A DNA stretch of 64,000 nucleotides from Eledone cirrhosa (GCA_964016885.1 OZ024757.1:24738001-24802000), one strand, 5' to 3'; numbered from the stretch's first letter, positions 25,313 through 38,837 are shown. The notes: a model not told the origin generated them from the letters alone. Numbers and translations are program-made.

Positions 25313-26885
25313 CTGGAAGAATAAAAAAGAAACATACAAATAAAAGGTTTTTAACAAATGGTTAAATGAATTACTGTATATACTCTAATAATAAAATAAT
25401 AATAATAATAATGAAATTATTGTGTACCGTGCTCAGGAGCACTACAAGTCATCAAAGGTACATGAATAGTACATAGAATAATGTACAAATGTCAGGAAAG
25501 TTAACAGTGTATGAGTCATGATATTCACAGGGATACATGCTTGCTTGTGTATGGAGCGGGAATATTAGGTAAGTTCATCATTATCATCATCATCCTCGTT
25601 TAACGTCTATCTTCCACGCTAGCATGGGTTAGACGGGAATTGTCCCACTTGAGGCAAGATTGATCGGGTGACCGTATCTCGCTAATATAGGACTGTATCA
25701 GGAAGGTTTTCTATGGTTGGATGCCCTTCCTAACACCAACCACATTTACAGTGTGGACTGGGAGGTTTTTTACCGTGTCTTCTACACGACCACTTTACAG
25801 CATGGACTGGGTGCTTTTTGTCCTGACACCTACACGACCTCTTTAGTGTGGACTGGATGTTCTGTGGTACCAACATAACTTTACAGAGAAAGGGTGGTGT
25901 TGGTGGGAGTGGGAGGATGGAGTAGGGGTAGTAGATTGGAGTGTATCTTTGGTTAAGAGGTGCCTACTGACTGTAGGTTTAACTTTATACGTAAGGGAAG
26001 GTGAGTCTTCTATCTTACTGTGTAGTGCCAAAAGTCTCGGTCCAGTGACATTGTCTTAGAGAGGTGTAAGTGTGCAAGGTCAGTTTTTATCATGTCGTCC
26101 CAGGTTTTTCTGGGTCAACCTACTCCGTAACTTCCATCAATTTTGATCACCCTGCACTTTTTTTATACAGCTGTCGTTTTTCATGGAAGTTTTGAAGGAT
26201 GCAGTGTCTCAACAGCTAACAACTGATGCAGGTAGTTTGTTCCATGCTTCAGCAACTCTGATCCCCTAATATATGTCTGGGAAACAGGTGAATATGCAAC
26301 CCCCTTTATAAACCGAGAGAACTAATAAACTGATTATGTTTAGATGGTGTGGTTTTGAAATTCTCATGAGTATAAAATATATTTATGAAGTTGTAATATT
26401 TTGATGTTTGAAAGATTTTAAGCGACATTTAGATAATGAAGGTGGTGATGATGGCAGTAGTGATGGCGGTGTTGATGGCAGTAGTGATGGTGGTGTTGAT
26501 GGCTGTGGTGATGATGATGAAGATGGTGGTGGTGATGATGGCTGTGTTGATGGTGGTGGTGGTGATGGATGTGTTGATGGTGGTGGTGGTGATGGATGTG
26601 TTGATTGTGGTGGTGGTGGTGATGGTTGTTTCGATGGTGGTGGTGGCTGTGTTGATGGTGGTTGTGGTGAGGAAGGGCATCCAACCATAGAAAACCTTCC
26701 AGATACAGTCCTATATTAGAGAGACACAGTCACCCGATCAATCTTGCTTCAAGTGGGACAACTCCCGTCTAACCCATGCTAGCGCGGAAGATAGACGTTA
26801 AATGATGATGATGATGACAATGGTTTTAATGATAACAATGATGACAATGATAAACCTCCAGGTGTGATGTTTGAAAGCTACTTAC

Positions 26886-26998
26886 CTGAGTTTACCTATA
26901 TAAGCCTCCCCACCCCGGGAGAGGTCAGTAGGATCAGTGGAGATTAAGTAATTGGATGTCGTACTTTTCTTTCTTTTCCTTCCGGCCAATAGAAATTG
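26886..26998 (-). CDS. TUB: Tubby exon (113 nt, absent from the ORF track): [37 protein letters not shown](R)
   Basis: Translated by hand; hallmark [25 protein letters not shown] and GKLR; acceptor ttgcag; donor AG|gtaagt. Confidence 0.97.
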
Positions 26999-27002
26999 CT
27001 GC

Positions 27003-27054
<52 letters not shown>

Positions 27055-27264
27055 GTTTCTACTTTTGGCACAAGGCCAGCAATTATCCCAGTGCATTACT
27101 GGTACTTTATTTTATCGACCCCCGTAAGGATGAAAGGCAAAGTTAACTTTCATGGAATTTGAACACAGACCGTAAAGGGTAGCAGCTTGATATTCATTAG
27201 GGCAATTATTTTGGTTGAATAACAATGACTGAGACAAGTGATGATAATAATAATAATAATGATG

Positions 27265-27296
<32 letters not shown>

Positions 27297-27304
27297 TATT
27301 ATTA

Positions 27305-28430
27305 TTTCATTTATTGGCCACAAGGGCCGACATCTAGAGGACAATACAAAAGACAGGGACAGTGGAGGTTTACAATAAGGTCAAGTAAAAATGCACAATG
27401 GCAAGACTAGTTTAACAATGAAAATATACAAATATAAAATAAACTATGTATTAATATAACAAAATAAATAAATTCCCCTATCGGGGGTGGACAACCCAGG
27501 AGTGACTCAGGTACCTCACCAATCCTGAACCTCCCTGTGCTTCTAGGGCACCCAGGGAGAGCACCCCTCTCCTCAAATTAGCTAGCCTATAGGCGCATGG
27601 TCAGAGTAGGCCCATTCCCATGGGCCATTCTCGCCACATTCATCCACCTTTTAACAAATGTACTGGGGGGAAGCACTTCTCTCTTCACCCTCACCTTCCT
27701 TTCCAGGTGAAACTTGAAGAAGTTGATGAGGGATTGGCCGAAGAGAAAAGTGTCTGTCTTCAGTCCTTTCAACATGGTCCACCATACAACCTCTTTCGCT
27801 ACTGCCACCAAACAAGGGAAAATTGCCTGCTCCTCCTGACCAAAGGAAGGTGGCGGGTGAATCTTCACTATGGACTCGGCCGATAGCTGGATCCATTCCA
27901 CACGCGACAGTAGCTGTTCGACATAACTCCACAAGTCAGTAATGCACGGACATTGGACAAGTGCATGCAGAACAGTTTCATCGCTCTGTGCGCATCTTGG
28001 GCAGGTCCATCAGACAGCACTTCCGTGCCTGTAGAGTTTATCCCGAACCGGCAGTGCCCCCCCCAGTAGCACTGCCAAGCGAGGGATTTCTGGAAATTGT
28101 CCATTGTCCTCGGCTCGAAAGTCCTCCGGAACAGACTGGTCAGTTCGACTTCGTCAAGGCCCAAAGCCTCTCCAAGTGCGTCATCGCACTTGCCCACAAC
28201 TAATCCTCTATAGAACTCGAGTGGAAGTTCCACTGATCGCATTGCTTGCTTGGTAGAGGGCAGTGAGTGCCTGACAACATTCCAGGTGCCAGTCACCCAG
28301 TCTCGGTCTCTTCTTGACCCAGGACTGCAGCTCAGTCAAAGAAACGAGCTGCGGAAGGGCCCGTCTGATAAATGGCGACCACACCTGTTCACTGTTTAGG
28401 CAGAATATCTGGAGATGTCGCAGCCTCAGC
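27305..28430 (-). mobile_element. L1/Tx1-like LINE 3' fragment; related piece at ~11940-12375
   Basis: Broken frame FQKSLAWQCY.G.LPVRDKLYRHG...CPRC...ETVLHALVQC, a C-terminal zinc-knuckle region of non-LTR RT. Confidence 0.7.
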
Positions 28431-28739
28431 TTAGGCACAGGGCCAAACAATTTTTGGGGAAGGGAAAGTTGATTATATATCCCCCTCTCATTCTATCTCT
28501 CTCCCTCCATCTTTCCATTTCTCTCACTCTCTCTCTCTCAAAAAAAAAAAAAATGCATATAACATGATGAAATAAAGGTGGTGATGATGATGATGATGAA
28601 GATGGTGGTGATGATGATGATGATGAAGATGGTGATGATGATGATGAAGATGGTGATGAAGATATTTGGGAAAGAAGAAGAAATGAAAAGACAGATAGAG
28701 GAAGGTAAAAAAAAAGAGAAAGAAAACATAAAAATTCTT

Positions 28740-29555
28740 GGGTAGAGGGTAGATAGAATGGGTAGAGGGTAGAGGGGTAGATAGAATGGGTAGAGGGTAG
28801 AGAGTAGATAGAATGGGTAGAGGGTAGAGGGTAGATAGAATAGGTAGAGGGTAGAGGGACTGGGTAGAGGGTAGATAGAATGGGTAGAGGGTAGAGGGGT
28901 AGATAGAATGGGTAGAGGGTAGAGGGGTAGATAGAATGGGTAGAGGGTAGATAGAATGGGTAGAGGGTAGAGGGTATGGGTAGAGGGTAGATAGAATGGG
29001 TAGAGGGTAGAGGGGTAGATAGAATGGGTAGAGGGGTAGGTAGAATGGGTAGAGGGTAGAGGGAATGGGTAGAGGGTAGATAGAATGGGTAGAGGGTAGA
29101 GGGGTAGATAGAATGGGTAGAGGGTAGAGGGGTAGATAGAATGGGTAGAGGGTAGAGGGGTAGATAGAATGGGTAGAGGGTAGATAGAATGGGTAGAGGG
29201 TAGAGGGTATGGGTAGAGGGTAGATAGAATGGGTAGAGGGTAGAGGGGTAGATAGAATGGGTAGAGGGTAGAGGGGTAGATAGAATGGGTAGAGGGTAGA
29301 GGGGTAGATAGAATGGGTAGAGGGGTAGGTAGAATGGGTAGAGGGTAGAGGGAATGGGTAGAGGGGTAGGTAGAATGGGTAGAGGGTAGAGGGGTAGATA
29401 GAATGGGTAGAGGGGTAGGTAGAATGGGTAGAGGGTAGAGGGGTAGATAGAATGGGTAGAGGGTAGAGGGGTAGATAGAATGGGTAGATAGATAGAGGGG
29501 TAGATAGAATGGGTAGAGGGGCAGATAGAATGGGTAGATAGATAGAGGGGTAGAT
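28740..29555. repeat. Purine-rich minisatellite (GGGTAGA/GATAGAATGGGTAGAG)
   Basis: Direct reading; produces the false extension of ORF 28524-29849. Confidence 0.95.
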
Positions 29556-29597
29556 GTTAAATGATATCAGAGAGTTAGCTGCTGAATGTGATGTCAC

Positions 29598-29795
29598 CTT
29601 TTTACCATCCTCCCGTTCCATGTGCAGGTAATATGTTGGATAGACACTCCGATCGACCCCTCGTTTGTCCCGTGTGATCCGACACTTTATGATAGAACCT
29701 TGCTGAGCTGGTTTCAGTACAAACTCATCCAGGCTTTCACGAGTATCTGCAGGGTAGCCATTGTTGGAATTGAGGGGCAGCATGCCATGAACATC
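29598..29795 (-). CDS. TUB: Tubby exon (198 nt), start of tubby domain: DVHGMLP...[43 protein letters not shown]
   Basis: Motif [17 protein letters not shown]; acceptor ttcttgcag; donor AAG|gtgaca; phase 0-0. Confidence 0.95.
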
Positions 29796-30663
29796 CTGCA
29801 AGAAGAAGATACAGAAAATAAGGTACAACATGGTGGGTAGAAATTCCATTCTTTAAACTATGGGTACACAAGAGATGTAGGTAGCCTAGCAAAGAATGTA
29901 GGTTTTAGATATGGTCAATGCACAGGAGCAGTAAGCAGCAAGTGCTCACGAGGAGAAGGGTTGCACACTTTTTTTCGGGGGTGTGTGCGACCCCCCAAGG
30001 CGCCTCCTCTCTATTGAGGATTTTGTTATAAATTTTATCTTGTTATATTTTATTTTATTTTTATATTTTGTTATTGCCTCCTCCATATTGAGGATGCCTT
30101 GTTATGTAAACTCCCCCCATTGTACTTGTCCGACTTTTGATGCCCTGGTGGCAAATAAAAAGAAAGTTATCTTAGAGGGTTCCGTAGAAGCAGTTTAGGG
30201 CATCTGTTACCTGGGTGACCAAATTAACAGTGGAGTTGGATGTTCCGAAAATACAGAAGCTTGAGAGCAAATGGAAAATTTCAGGGAGATACTACCACTG
30301 CTAGCTACAAAAGGTTTTACCCTCAAAATAAAGGGCAGATTGTGTGTGCATGTATATGAACAGCAATGCTGCATGGAAGTGAGACCTGAAAGGTGGTTGT
30401 GCTAGTGACACTATGAAAAAGTACCAAATCCAACCTGTCAATTGGTCGTTTTGGAGCCACAATAAAAAAGCACCCAGTCCACATTGTAAATGTAGTTGGC
30501 ATTAGGAAGGACATCCAGCCCAGCCGTAGAAACCAAGTCAGAAGCAGTTTTGTATGAGCAAGACACAGTCACCTGATCTGACTTGTCTCATAATGGGACA
30601 CCTCGTCTAACCCATGCTAACATAAAGAAATGGACGTTAAATGGTGGTGATGATGATATAGAT

Positions 30664-30997
30664 CAGAGGTTCTCAAAGTGGCTGCTACCGCTCCCAGGGG
30701 GTGTTGAGAAGGTCCAGGGGGTGCTGCGGCCTAAGGGGGTGGTAGAGATGATATGATAGTATATTAAATATCAATTGATACATATTATTTATAAATATAG
30801 TAAAATATAAATTATATAATATTTATTTATACATAGTATATATTATATTATTTATTATATGTAAATTAACAATTTCATTTATTATATATTATTTACAATT
30901 TACGTGTAGGCAGGTCTCTTTGGAAATAGGTTTGGGTGTGCTGAGGGTATTATGTGGCCGTGAGTGGGGCGGTGGCCCATAAATCTGAGAACCTCTG
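30664..30997. mobile_element. hAT (Charlie-like) MITE
   Basis: TIRs CAGAGGTTCTCA / TGAGAACCTCTG with a perfect 8-bp TSD ATATAGAT on both sides. Confidence 0.88.
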
Positions 30998-31042
30998 ATA
31001 TAGATAGATAAAATGAGAGATATATATAGAAGAAATATTTAC

Positions 31043-31155
31043 ATTTTGTATATCAAAGTCTGCATTAGGTGACAGCATGCCAGGTGATGTTGTTGGCTGA
31101 GGGGCAATGGCTACACTCTCATCATCATCTTCCAGAATCAAACCTCGTTGGCTCC
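31043..31155 (-). CDS. TUB: Tubby linker exon (113 nt): (G)SQRGLILEDDDESVAIAPQPTTSPGMLSPNADFDIQN
   Basis: Unique open frame with acidic linker; acceptor tttataacag; donor gtaaat; phase 1-0 fits both neighbours. Confidence 0.8.
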
Positions 31156-32019
31156 CTGTTATAAAGAAACATAGGTTTATAAGAACTGAAGAACTATTTA
31201 ACAACATAAGAGGGTGTTAGAGCTGGCTTAACTCCCTTCACAGCTGTATATCTTATGAAATACTCTCTATTTTAATTAATTAATGAAGAATTTCAAGAGA
31301 TTTACTAAAATTATTAATCATTTCATTACTAAGATAGTAATTGAATGTAAGGTTCTTATATATGTTGGAAGATTTTAATTAAATTGGAAACCTTTAAAAT
31401 GGGTGGTTTTATTTCATATAACCAGAGCTGCTTTTGGCCAGGTTGGTAACTAAAGGGTTGAAGAATTGTGTGAAGTGTAGAAAATAGTGTATTTTGTTAG
31501 AAGCCCCAGCAATGAATATGGGACATGTTAGAAATCATCATCATCATCATCATTGAATTGGATGAACTGTTCAGGCCAACCCCATTTTCCCTCTCCAGAT
31601 GTCACTGTCCTCCAAAACTGTTTTCAGGTCTTCGATTGTCAAACAAATATCTTTGGTCAGTTGGTCAATATAAGTCATCTGAGGCCGCCCGATGTAAAAG
31701 TATCCATGGGTTGACATCCACAAAACAAGACTGCTAACAGGCTTGTCTTTGTTTCAGCAGCAGTGCCCAGCATGTCTTATCCTTCTTTCGCAAACTAAAG
31801 CTGATACAGATGCAATCTGTCCATATAGCTCTTCCTTTGAGGAATGCTACTCCCAGAACCTGTCCAGCACTGTGTGCAGCATTCAGGTGTATGTCCCATT
31901 AAGCTTGTTCTCTAATGTGTCTGTCATTGTCCATGCCAAGGAGCCATACAAAAGAACTGACTTAACTACAGCTCTGAAGAAGCCTCTATTCATTTTGTTT
32001 GGTAGGGAGGACATCCAGA

Positions 32020-32312
32020 TTAACTGTTAAAAATATGGGACACTGACTGTTAGAAATATGGGACAGTAACTGTTAGAAATATGGGACACTGACTGTTAAA
32101 AATATGGGATGGTAACTGTTAGAAATATGGGACACTGACTGTTAGAAGTATGGGACACTGACTGTTAGAAGTATGGGACACTGACTGTTAGAAATATGGG
32201 ACAGTAACTGTTAGAAATATGGGACAGTAACTGTTAGAAATATGGGACAGTAACTGTTAGAAATAGGGGACACTAAATGTTAGAAATAAGGGGCAGTAGC
32301 TGTTAGAAATAA
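32020..32312. repeat. 23-bp minisatellite ACTGTTAGAAATATGGGACA(CTG/GTA)
   Basis: Direct reading, about 12 copies. Confidence 0.92.
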
Positions 32313-32560
32313 TGATAAAGATGGTGGAATGTTACGGAATTGTTTGATAGTTTTTATATTTTGGGACAGAGTGTGGTGCCCCAGCTTGGCTGCAGTCTAA
32401 TGACCGAAACTAGTAGAAATGATACGATGCCCGAGCATAGCTACAGTCTAATGACTGAAACCAGTTGAAGGATATGATGCTCTAGCATAGCCAGTCTAAT
32501 GGCTGAAACTAGTAGAAGAAGAAAAGAATGAGGGAATAAAAGAGAGAATAGAATGTTTAC

Positions 32561-32698
32561 CATCTGTAGAAATGGTTGGAATATCACTATCACTGTCAGT
32601 GTAATCTTTACTTTCATCAGGAGTTACGTTGAATATTTGAACCTGTGTCATGCCATCTGTGTTGTTCAGATCAAAGTTGCTAGCAGGGCCGTCATAAG
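32561..32698 (-). CDS. TUB: Tubby N-terminal region exon (138 nt, absent from the ORF track): (A)YDGPASNFDLNNTDGMTQVQIFNVTPDESKDYTDSDSDIPTISTD
   Basis: Open frame in unique sequence; acceptor taatccag; donor G|gtaaac; phase 1-1 fits both neighbours. Confidence 0.8.
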
Positions 32699-32924
32699 CT
32701 GGATTAGAGAGATATATTGATAGTTAGACATATAGACATATATCATTATTTGGCAGTATTGGTAGAGGATCAGACATGCTTTCCAGCGTAGTTACGTCCC
32801 TTTACGATCTGAGTTCAAATCCCGCCGAGGTTAACTTTGCCTTTCATCCTTACGGGGTCGAGAAAATAAAGTACCAGTAATGTACTGGGTAATTGCTGGC
32901 CTTGTGCCAAAAGTAGAAACAATT

Positions 32925-33265
32925 ATAGCTTGCTACAGAGATATAGAGATATACCATTATAGCTGGATAGGGAGATATATTGATAGTTAGATGTATAGAG
33001 ATATACCATTATAGCTGGATATAGAGATATATTGATAGTTAGATATATAGAGATATACCATTATAGCTGGATAGACAGGTATATTGATAGTTAGATATAT
33101 AGAGATATACCATTATAGCTGGATATAGAGATATATTGATAGTTAGATATATATAGAGATATACCATTATAGCTGGATATAGAGATATAGAGATATACCA
33201 TTATAGCTGGATAGACAGGTATATTGATAGTTAGATATATAGAGATATAGCTGGACATACAGATA
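32925..33265. repeat. ~52-bp minisatellite related to the adjacent tubby splice-acceptor region
   Basis: Unit AGATATACCATTATAGCTGGATATAGAGATATATTGATAGTTAGATATATAG; compare 32697-32745. Confidence 0.88.
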
Positions 33266-34715
33266 TATTAAAAAAAGGTAAAGGCCCCTTTTAGTAGTGA
33301 ATGACTATGGGGTTTTGCACCTAGAAAGTTTCCCTCTGAGGTACAAGCCTGGGCAAGGTGTGGAAGACTAGTTGTCTCCCATGCATACCTGTCTCCTGTC
33401 TCCACTCCATTGATGTTGTCCAAAGAAAAGGTAAATGCCCACACAGCTTGGCTCCAGTGACGTTGCAACTCATATATACACTATGTGTATTATATATATA
33501 TTCTATATATGATGTTATTGAAGGGAATGGCAAATACAGCTTGGCACCAGTGAAATCACAACTCATATATACACTATATACATTCTATATATACACTATA
33601 TGTCCAAAGGAAAGGCAAAGGCCGATACAGATTGGCACCAGTGACATCATATCTCATTTATGCAGCTGAGTGAACTGGAGCAACATGAAATAAAGTGTCT
33701 TGCTCAAGGAAACAACACATCACCCAGTCTGAGAATTGAACTCAACCTTTCGATTGCAAGCCCAATGCTCTAACCACTAAGCCATATGGATAGATATATT
33801 AATAGTTAGATATATAGGGGAGACTGTACATAAACTGGATATACAAAGATATTTATAATTTAAAATGTGTGTATATATACATACATATGACCTTGTGTTT
33901 ATATCCATGTTTATGTGCATGTGCATGCAGGCGCACAAACATATTTCTGTGCGCACATGTACATGTACACAGTATGTTTTAAATGTCTATAATAAAAATA
34001 ATTAAATCTACTTTGGTAATGTAGAGCTTATGGCTAAACTTTGTTGACAGTTGAAGGGTAACAACTCTTATCAACATTTTAACAATTGCTGCTATTTCTT
34101 CATATATATATATTATGAATAAGAGAGACAGTTTTACTTGTCCATCGTTTTAGTACATAATTACATAATAAAAAGTACATAATTACATAATATTGAAACT
34201 CCGGTCGATACCTTACCGAGAAAATGCTAAGGAATACAAATCAACGTTTGTACATTACCCTATGTACTATACATACACTTTTGATGAGTTGTAGTGCACC
34301 TGAGCACTGTACACAATATTTTCATTATTTATCATAGATTGCTTTACATCTGTTTACCAAAACGTCAGCAGATTATATGATCAACCAACTTTCATCAATC
34401 AGATAATATATATATACTAGACCATCTGTGACCCGTTGGGTCATGTTCACTTAAAAATAATTCTTAAATAATTAAAAAATAATCAGACATGTATATAATG
34501 TAAAATGAAATTTTCAATCTACGTTCTCACAACCACTATCTCTTTCTTTCTCTCTCTATTTATGAAGGTACCCAGAAAACCCCATATCTCGGGAACCCAT
34601 GCTCCGATTTACGCGAAACTTGTTTTATTCCATTTGTATTCCCATTTCAGGGTCAACTTCCTTTCAAAGTATTTTCCCATTATGCGCTGTTTTGGCTGTA
34701 TTATATTACAGACAA

Positions 34716-34898
34716 CTGGTGGATTGGCAGTATCGGTAGAGAGTCGGACGCCATGCTTTCCAGCATAGTTACGCCCCTTTATGATCTGAGTTCAAATCTC
34801 GCCGACGTTCACTTTGCCTTTCATCCTTATGGGGTCGATAAAATAAGGCACCAGTAATGTACTGGGTAATTGCTTGACTTGTACCAAAAGTAGAAACA
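34716..34898 (+). mobile_element. SINE family A copy with 16-bp target-site duplication
   Basis: Flanked by ATTATATTACAGACAA (34700-34715) and ATTATATTGCAGACAA (34899-34914). Confidence 0.88.
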
Positions 34899-34938
34899 AT
34901 TATATTGCAGACAAGCACACAATCACAGAGTTTTAGTA

Positions 34939-34978
<40 letters not shown>

Positions 34979-35521
34979 TCATCATCGTTTAATGTCTATT
35001 TTCCACTCTAGCATATATATATATATGGAATGAAATCGATTGACAAGATTCCAGACTTCACATGCTTAGTGAGTGGAGTGGAACTCGTCAAATGGGACCA
35101 AGGAAACAATGTTTCCATTGCTGATACTATCTACCGGTCGCAGAAAGAGCAATGTGAAATAAAGTGTCTTGCTCAAGGACATAACACACCGCCCAGCCCG
35201 AGAATTGAACTTGCAACCTCATGATTGCTAATTCAATTCTCTCACCACTAAGCCATACACATATACACACACACAAGCACATATATATATATATCACACA
35301 TTCACACACCTGTTTGTCTCTGCATGCATGTGTGCATCATATATACACATTACATACATATGCACACATACATAACACACACATATTCATTATACAGTAA
35401 AATTCCGTTATAACGAAATTCACGGAATATAAAAAGAATTTGTTGTAATGAAAAATTACAACAACAGCCACAACTAAAACAGTTACAGCCCCCAAAACAA
35501 CAACCAAAATCAAAGACTTAC

Positions 35522-35687
35522 CATAATTAGAATTTGCTAATGTTGGCTTCGATAGAGGTGAATCATTCATCAATGGACGGGATTCTTCATGGTTCCTTCT
35601 CCCAGAAGATGGTCGACTGTCGACCGTGGGCTGCATCATACCCTGGGTCTGACGTTTCCATTTCCGTTCTTCGTTGATTCGAAGGAG
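35522..35687 (-). CDS. TUB: Tubby N-terminal exon (166 nt): LLRINEERKWKRQTQGMMQPTVDSRPSSGRRNHEESRPLMNDSPLSKPTLANSNY
   Basis: Resembles vertebrate TUB KKKRQEPLMVQ...RPRSRR..EE..PL; acceptor ctttttag; donor G|gtaagt. Confidence 0.88.
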
Positions 35688-36914
35688 CTAAAAAGGTGGA
35701 CAGGGTGTAGGACAAAAGAGAGAAGGGAAAAATAAATTAAATTAAAAAGAAAATACAAAGATTCAATATTTACCATATATTTACAGTCCTTGTCAAAGCA
35801 AAGTACGGCATGGCCAGCTCTGGCCAGACTTTTCTCTTGATATGGATGACCCGTCTAACCCATGGAAAATGGATGTTAAACAGTGATGATGATGATGATG
35901 TACCAGCTTTCTGAAACTTATCAGTCATTCGTTACATATTTACCATATTTTGTGGTGTATACAAAGGCCCCCTTTCTTTTTTCAAATTTTTTACTCCCCA
36001 AAACATCATGTTAAAATCAGCCATTAGGTGAAAAGGGTGAGACAAACAGGGCTGAATGGACCTACTCAGGCTGGACCATTTCTAAGGAGAAAAGAACTAA
36101 GAGGGAATTTTGAATGTTAAACTGAACTCCTGAAAAGACTGCTGGTCGATGAGCTCGAGGATATGCTTCACATGAGATGCATGCACTGGTACGGTCATGT
36201 CAAGTGCAGTGAGGGTTGGATCAGCAAAGTGATGAATCTTGATCCAGGAGGTAGTAGAGGCCCGGGAAGACCAAAAAGCACTTGGATGGAAGATGTCTGT
36301 CAGGATCAAGCTAGACATGGCCTGGCCAAAGTTAGACTGGCAGACAGAAACAAATGGAGTGGGACACTAAAGAGCGCCGTCAGGCAGGACCCACCCCTAC
36401 TTAGGGATTAATTGTGACCTGCATAATCAAACACTTGATGATGATGATGAAGGCTAGCAGACTCGGTCTCATAAGTCACATATGGTTAAAAGACCAGGCA
36501 GAGGCATTAAATTAGTTACTGCTATAGGAACCCAAAATATGGTAGAAGAACAAGAGGTTGGCTTCATACTGTGTTTTCTGGAGCAGGTTTATAAAGACAC
36601 GAATCTTAGAAAGAATGAATTCGTGGAAGCCATGTTGGATAGGGACAAGTGGAGGTGTATAATTACCAATGTTGTCTGAGGAAACTTGACACGATGATGA
36701 TGATGATGATGATGTAAGGCAACAGAGTTACTGGTACTTTATTTTATCAACCCAGTAAGGATAAAATGGAAAGTTAACCTTGGCAAGATTTGAAGTACAA
36801 TAATGGGTGTGATGCTTATGAAACTGAAAACGTATCTTAAGAAAATAGACCTCAACACAAAATTGCTTTTCTTTTAAAAGAAAAGCAATTTTGTGTTGAG
36901 GTCTATTTTATAAT

Positions 36915-38578
36915 GGCACTTCCACTTTACAGAGTGTACTGGAGGCATTTTATTGTGGCACCAGTACAATCACTTTACAGAGTGTACTGGAGGCATTTTA
37001 TTGTGGCACCAGTACAATCACTTTACAGAGTGTACTGGAGGCATTTTATTGTGGCTCCAGTACAATCACTTTACAGAGTGTACTGGAGGCATTTTATTGT
37101 GGCACCAGTACAATCACTTTACAGAGTGTACTGGAGGCATTTTGTTTGTGGCACCAGTACAATCACTTTACAGAGTGTACTGGAGGCATTTTATTGTGGC
37201 TCCAGTACAATCACTTTACAGAGTGTACTGGAGGCATTTTATTGTGGCTCCAGTACAATCACTTTACAGAGTGTACTGGAGGCATTTTATTGTGGCTCCA
37301 GTACAATCACTTTACAGAGTGTACTGGAGGCATTTTATTGTGGCACCAGTACAATCACTTTACAGAGTGTACTGGAGGCATTTTATTGTGGCACCAGTAC
37401 AATCACTTTACAGAGTGTACTGGAGGCATTTTGTTTGTGGCACCAGTACAATCACTTTACAGAGTGTACTGGAGGCATTTTATTGTGGCTCCAGTACAAT
37501 CACTTTACAGAGTGTACTGGAGGCATTTTATTGTGGCACCAGTACAATCACTTTACAGAGTGTACTGGAGGCATTTTGTTTGTGGCACCAGTACAATCAC
37601 TTTACAGAGTGTACTGGAGGCATTTTATTGTGGCACCAGTACAATCACTTTACAGAGTGTACTGGAGGCATTTTATTGTGGCACCAGTACAACCACTTTA
37701 CAGAGTGTACTGAGGGTATTTCATCATGTCATCAGCACTATCACTTTACAGAGTGTACTGGGAGCATTTTATCATGGCACTACCACTTTACAGAGTGTCC
37801 AGGGAGCATTTTATCATTGTACTAACACTACTATTTTACAGAGTGTACTGGGGGAATTTTATTGTGGAACCAGCACTACCACTTCACAGAGTGTACAGAG
37901 GACATTTCATCATGGCATCAACACTAACACTTTACAGAGTGTACTGCGGGCATTTTATCATGACACTAACACTTTACAGATTGTACTGAGTGTATTTTAT
38001 CATGACACTAACACTTTACAGAGTGTACTGAGTGTATTTTATTGTAATACTAACTCTTTACAGAGTGTACTGAATGTATTTTATTGTAATACTAACTCTT
38101 TACAGAGTGTACTGAGTGTATTTTATCATGACACTAACACTTTACAGAGTGTACTGAGTGTATTTTATTGTAATACTAACTCTTTACAGAGTGTACTGAA
38201 TGTATTTTATTGTAATACTAACTCTTTAGAGAGTGTACTGAGTGTATTTTATCATGACACTAACACTTTACAGAGTGTACTGAGTGTATTTTATTGTAAT
38301 ACTAACTCTTTACAGAGTGTACTGAGTGTATTTTATCATGACACTAACACTTTACAGAGTGTACTGAGTGTATTTTATTGTAATACTAACTCTTTACAGA
38401 GTGTACTGAATGTATTTTATTGTAATACTAACTCTTTACAGAGTGTACTGAGTGTATTTTATCATGACACTAACACTTTACAGAGTGTACTGAGTGTATT
38501 TTATTGTAATACTAACTCTTTACAGAGTGTACTGAATGTATTTTATTGTAATACTAACTCTTTACAGAGTGTACTGGG
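36915..38578. repeat. Bipartite minisatellite: 48/49-bp units grading into 42-bp units
   Basis: Shared core CTTTACAGAGTGTACTG; 16-aa and 14-aa periodicities in the ORF track. Confidence 0.95.
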
Positions 38579-38791
38579 GGCCTTACTAGAGAGGTTGTCA
38601 CATGCTGAACTAAACTGAAGAGTTTTCTTAAAGCCTACATTGTGTTGGTTTAATTGCCAGGCACTCCAGCTTCACTTCTAGTGTAACCATGTTTCTACAC
38701 ACACAATCAAACAACACTACAGAGTACTTTAATTAACTGATTAATCAAGCAACTTAGAAAAGTCTTCAATTAAAACACATGTTAGAACATG

Positions 38792-38837
<46 letters not shown>

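Noticed and set aside
36913-38618. CRISPR-like array or repeat-protein ORFs (266-490 aa)
   Set aside because: Contiguous tandem units without unique spacers, no cas genes, eukaryotic intron context, and frequent frame shifts from 49-bp units.
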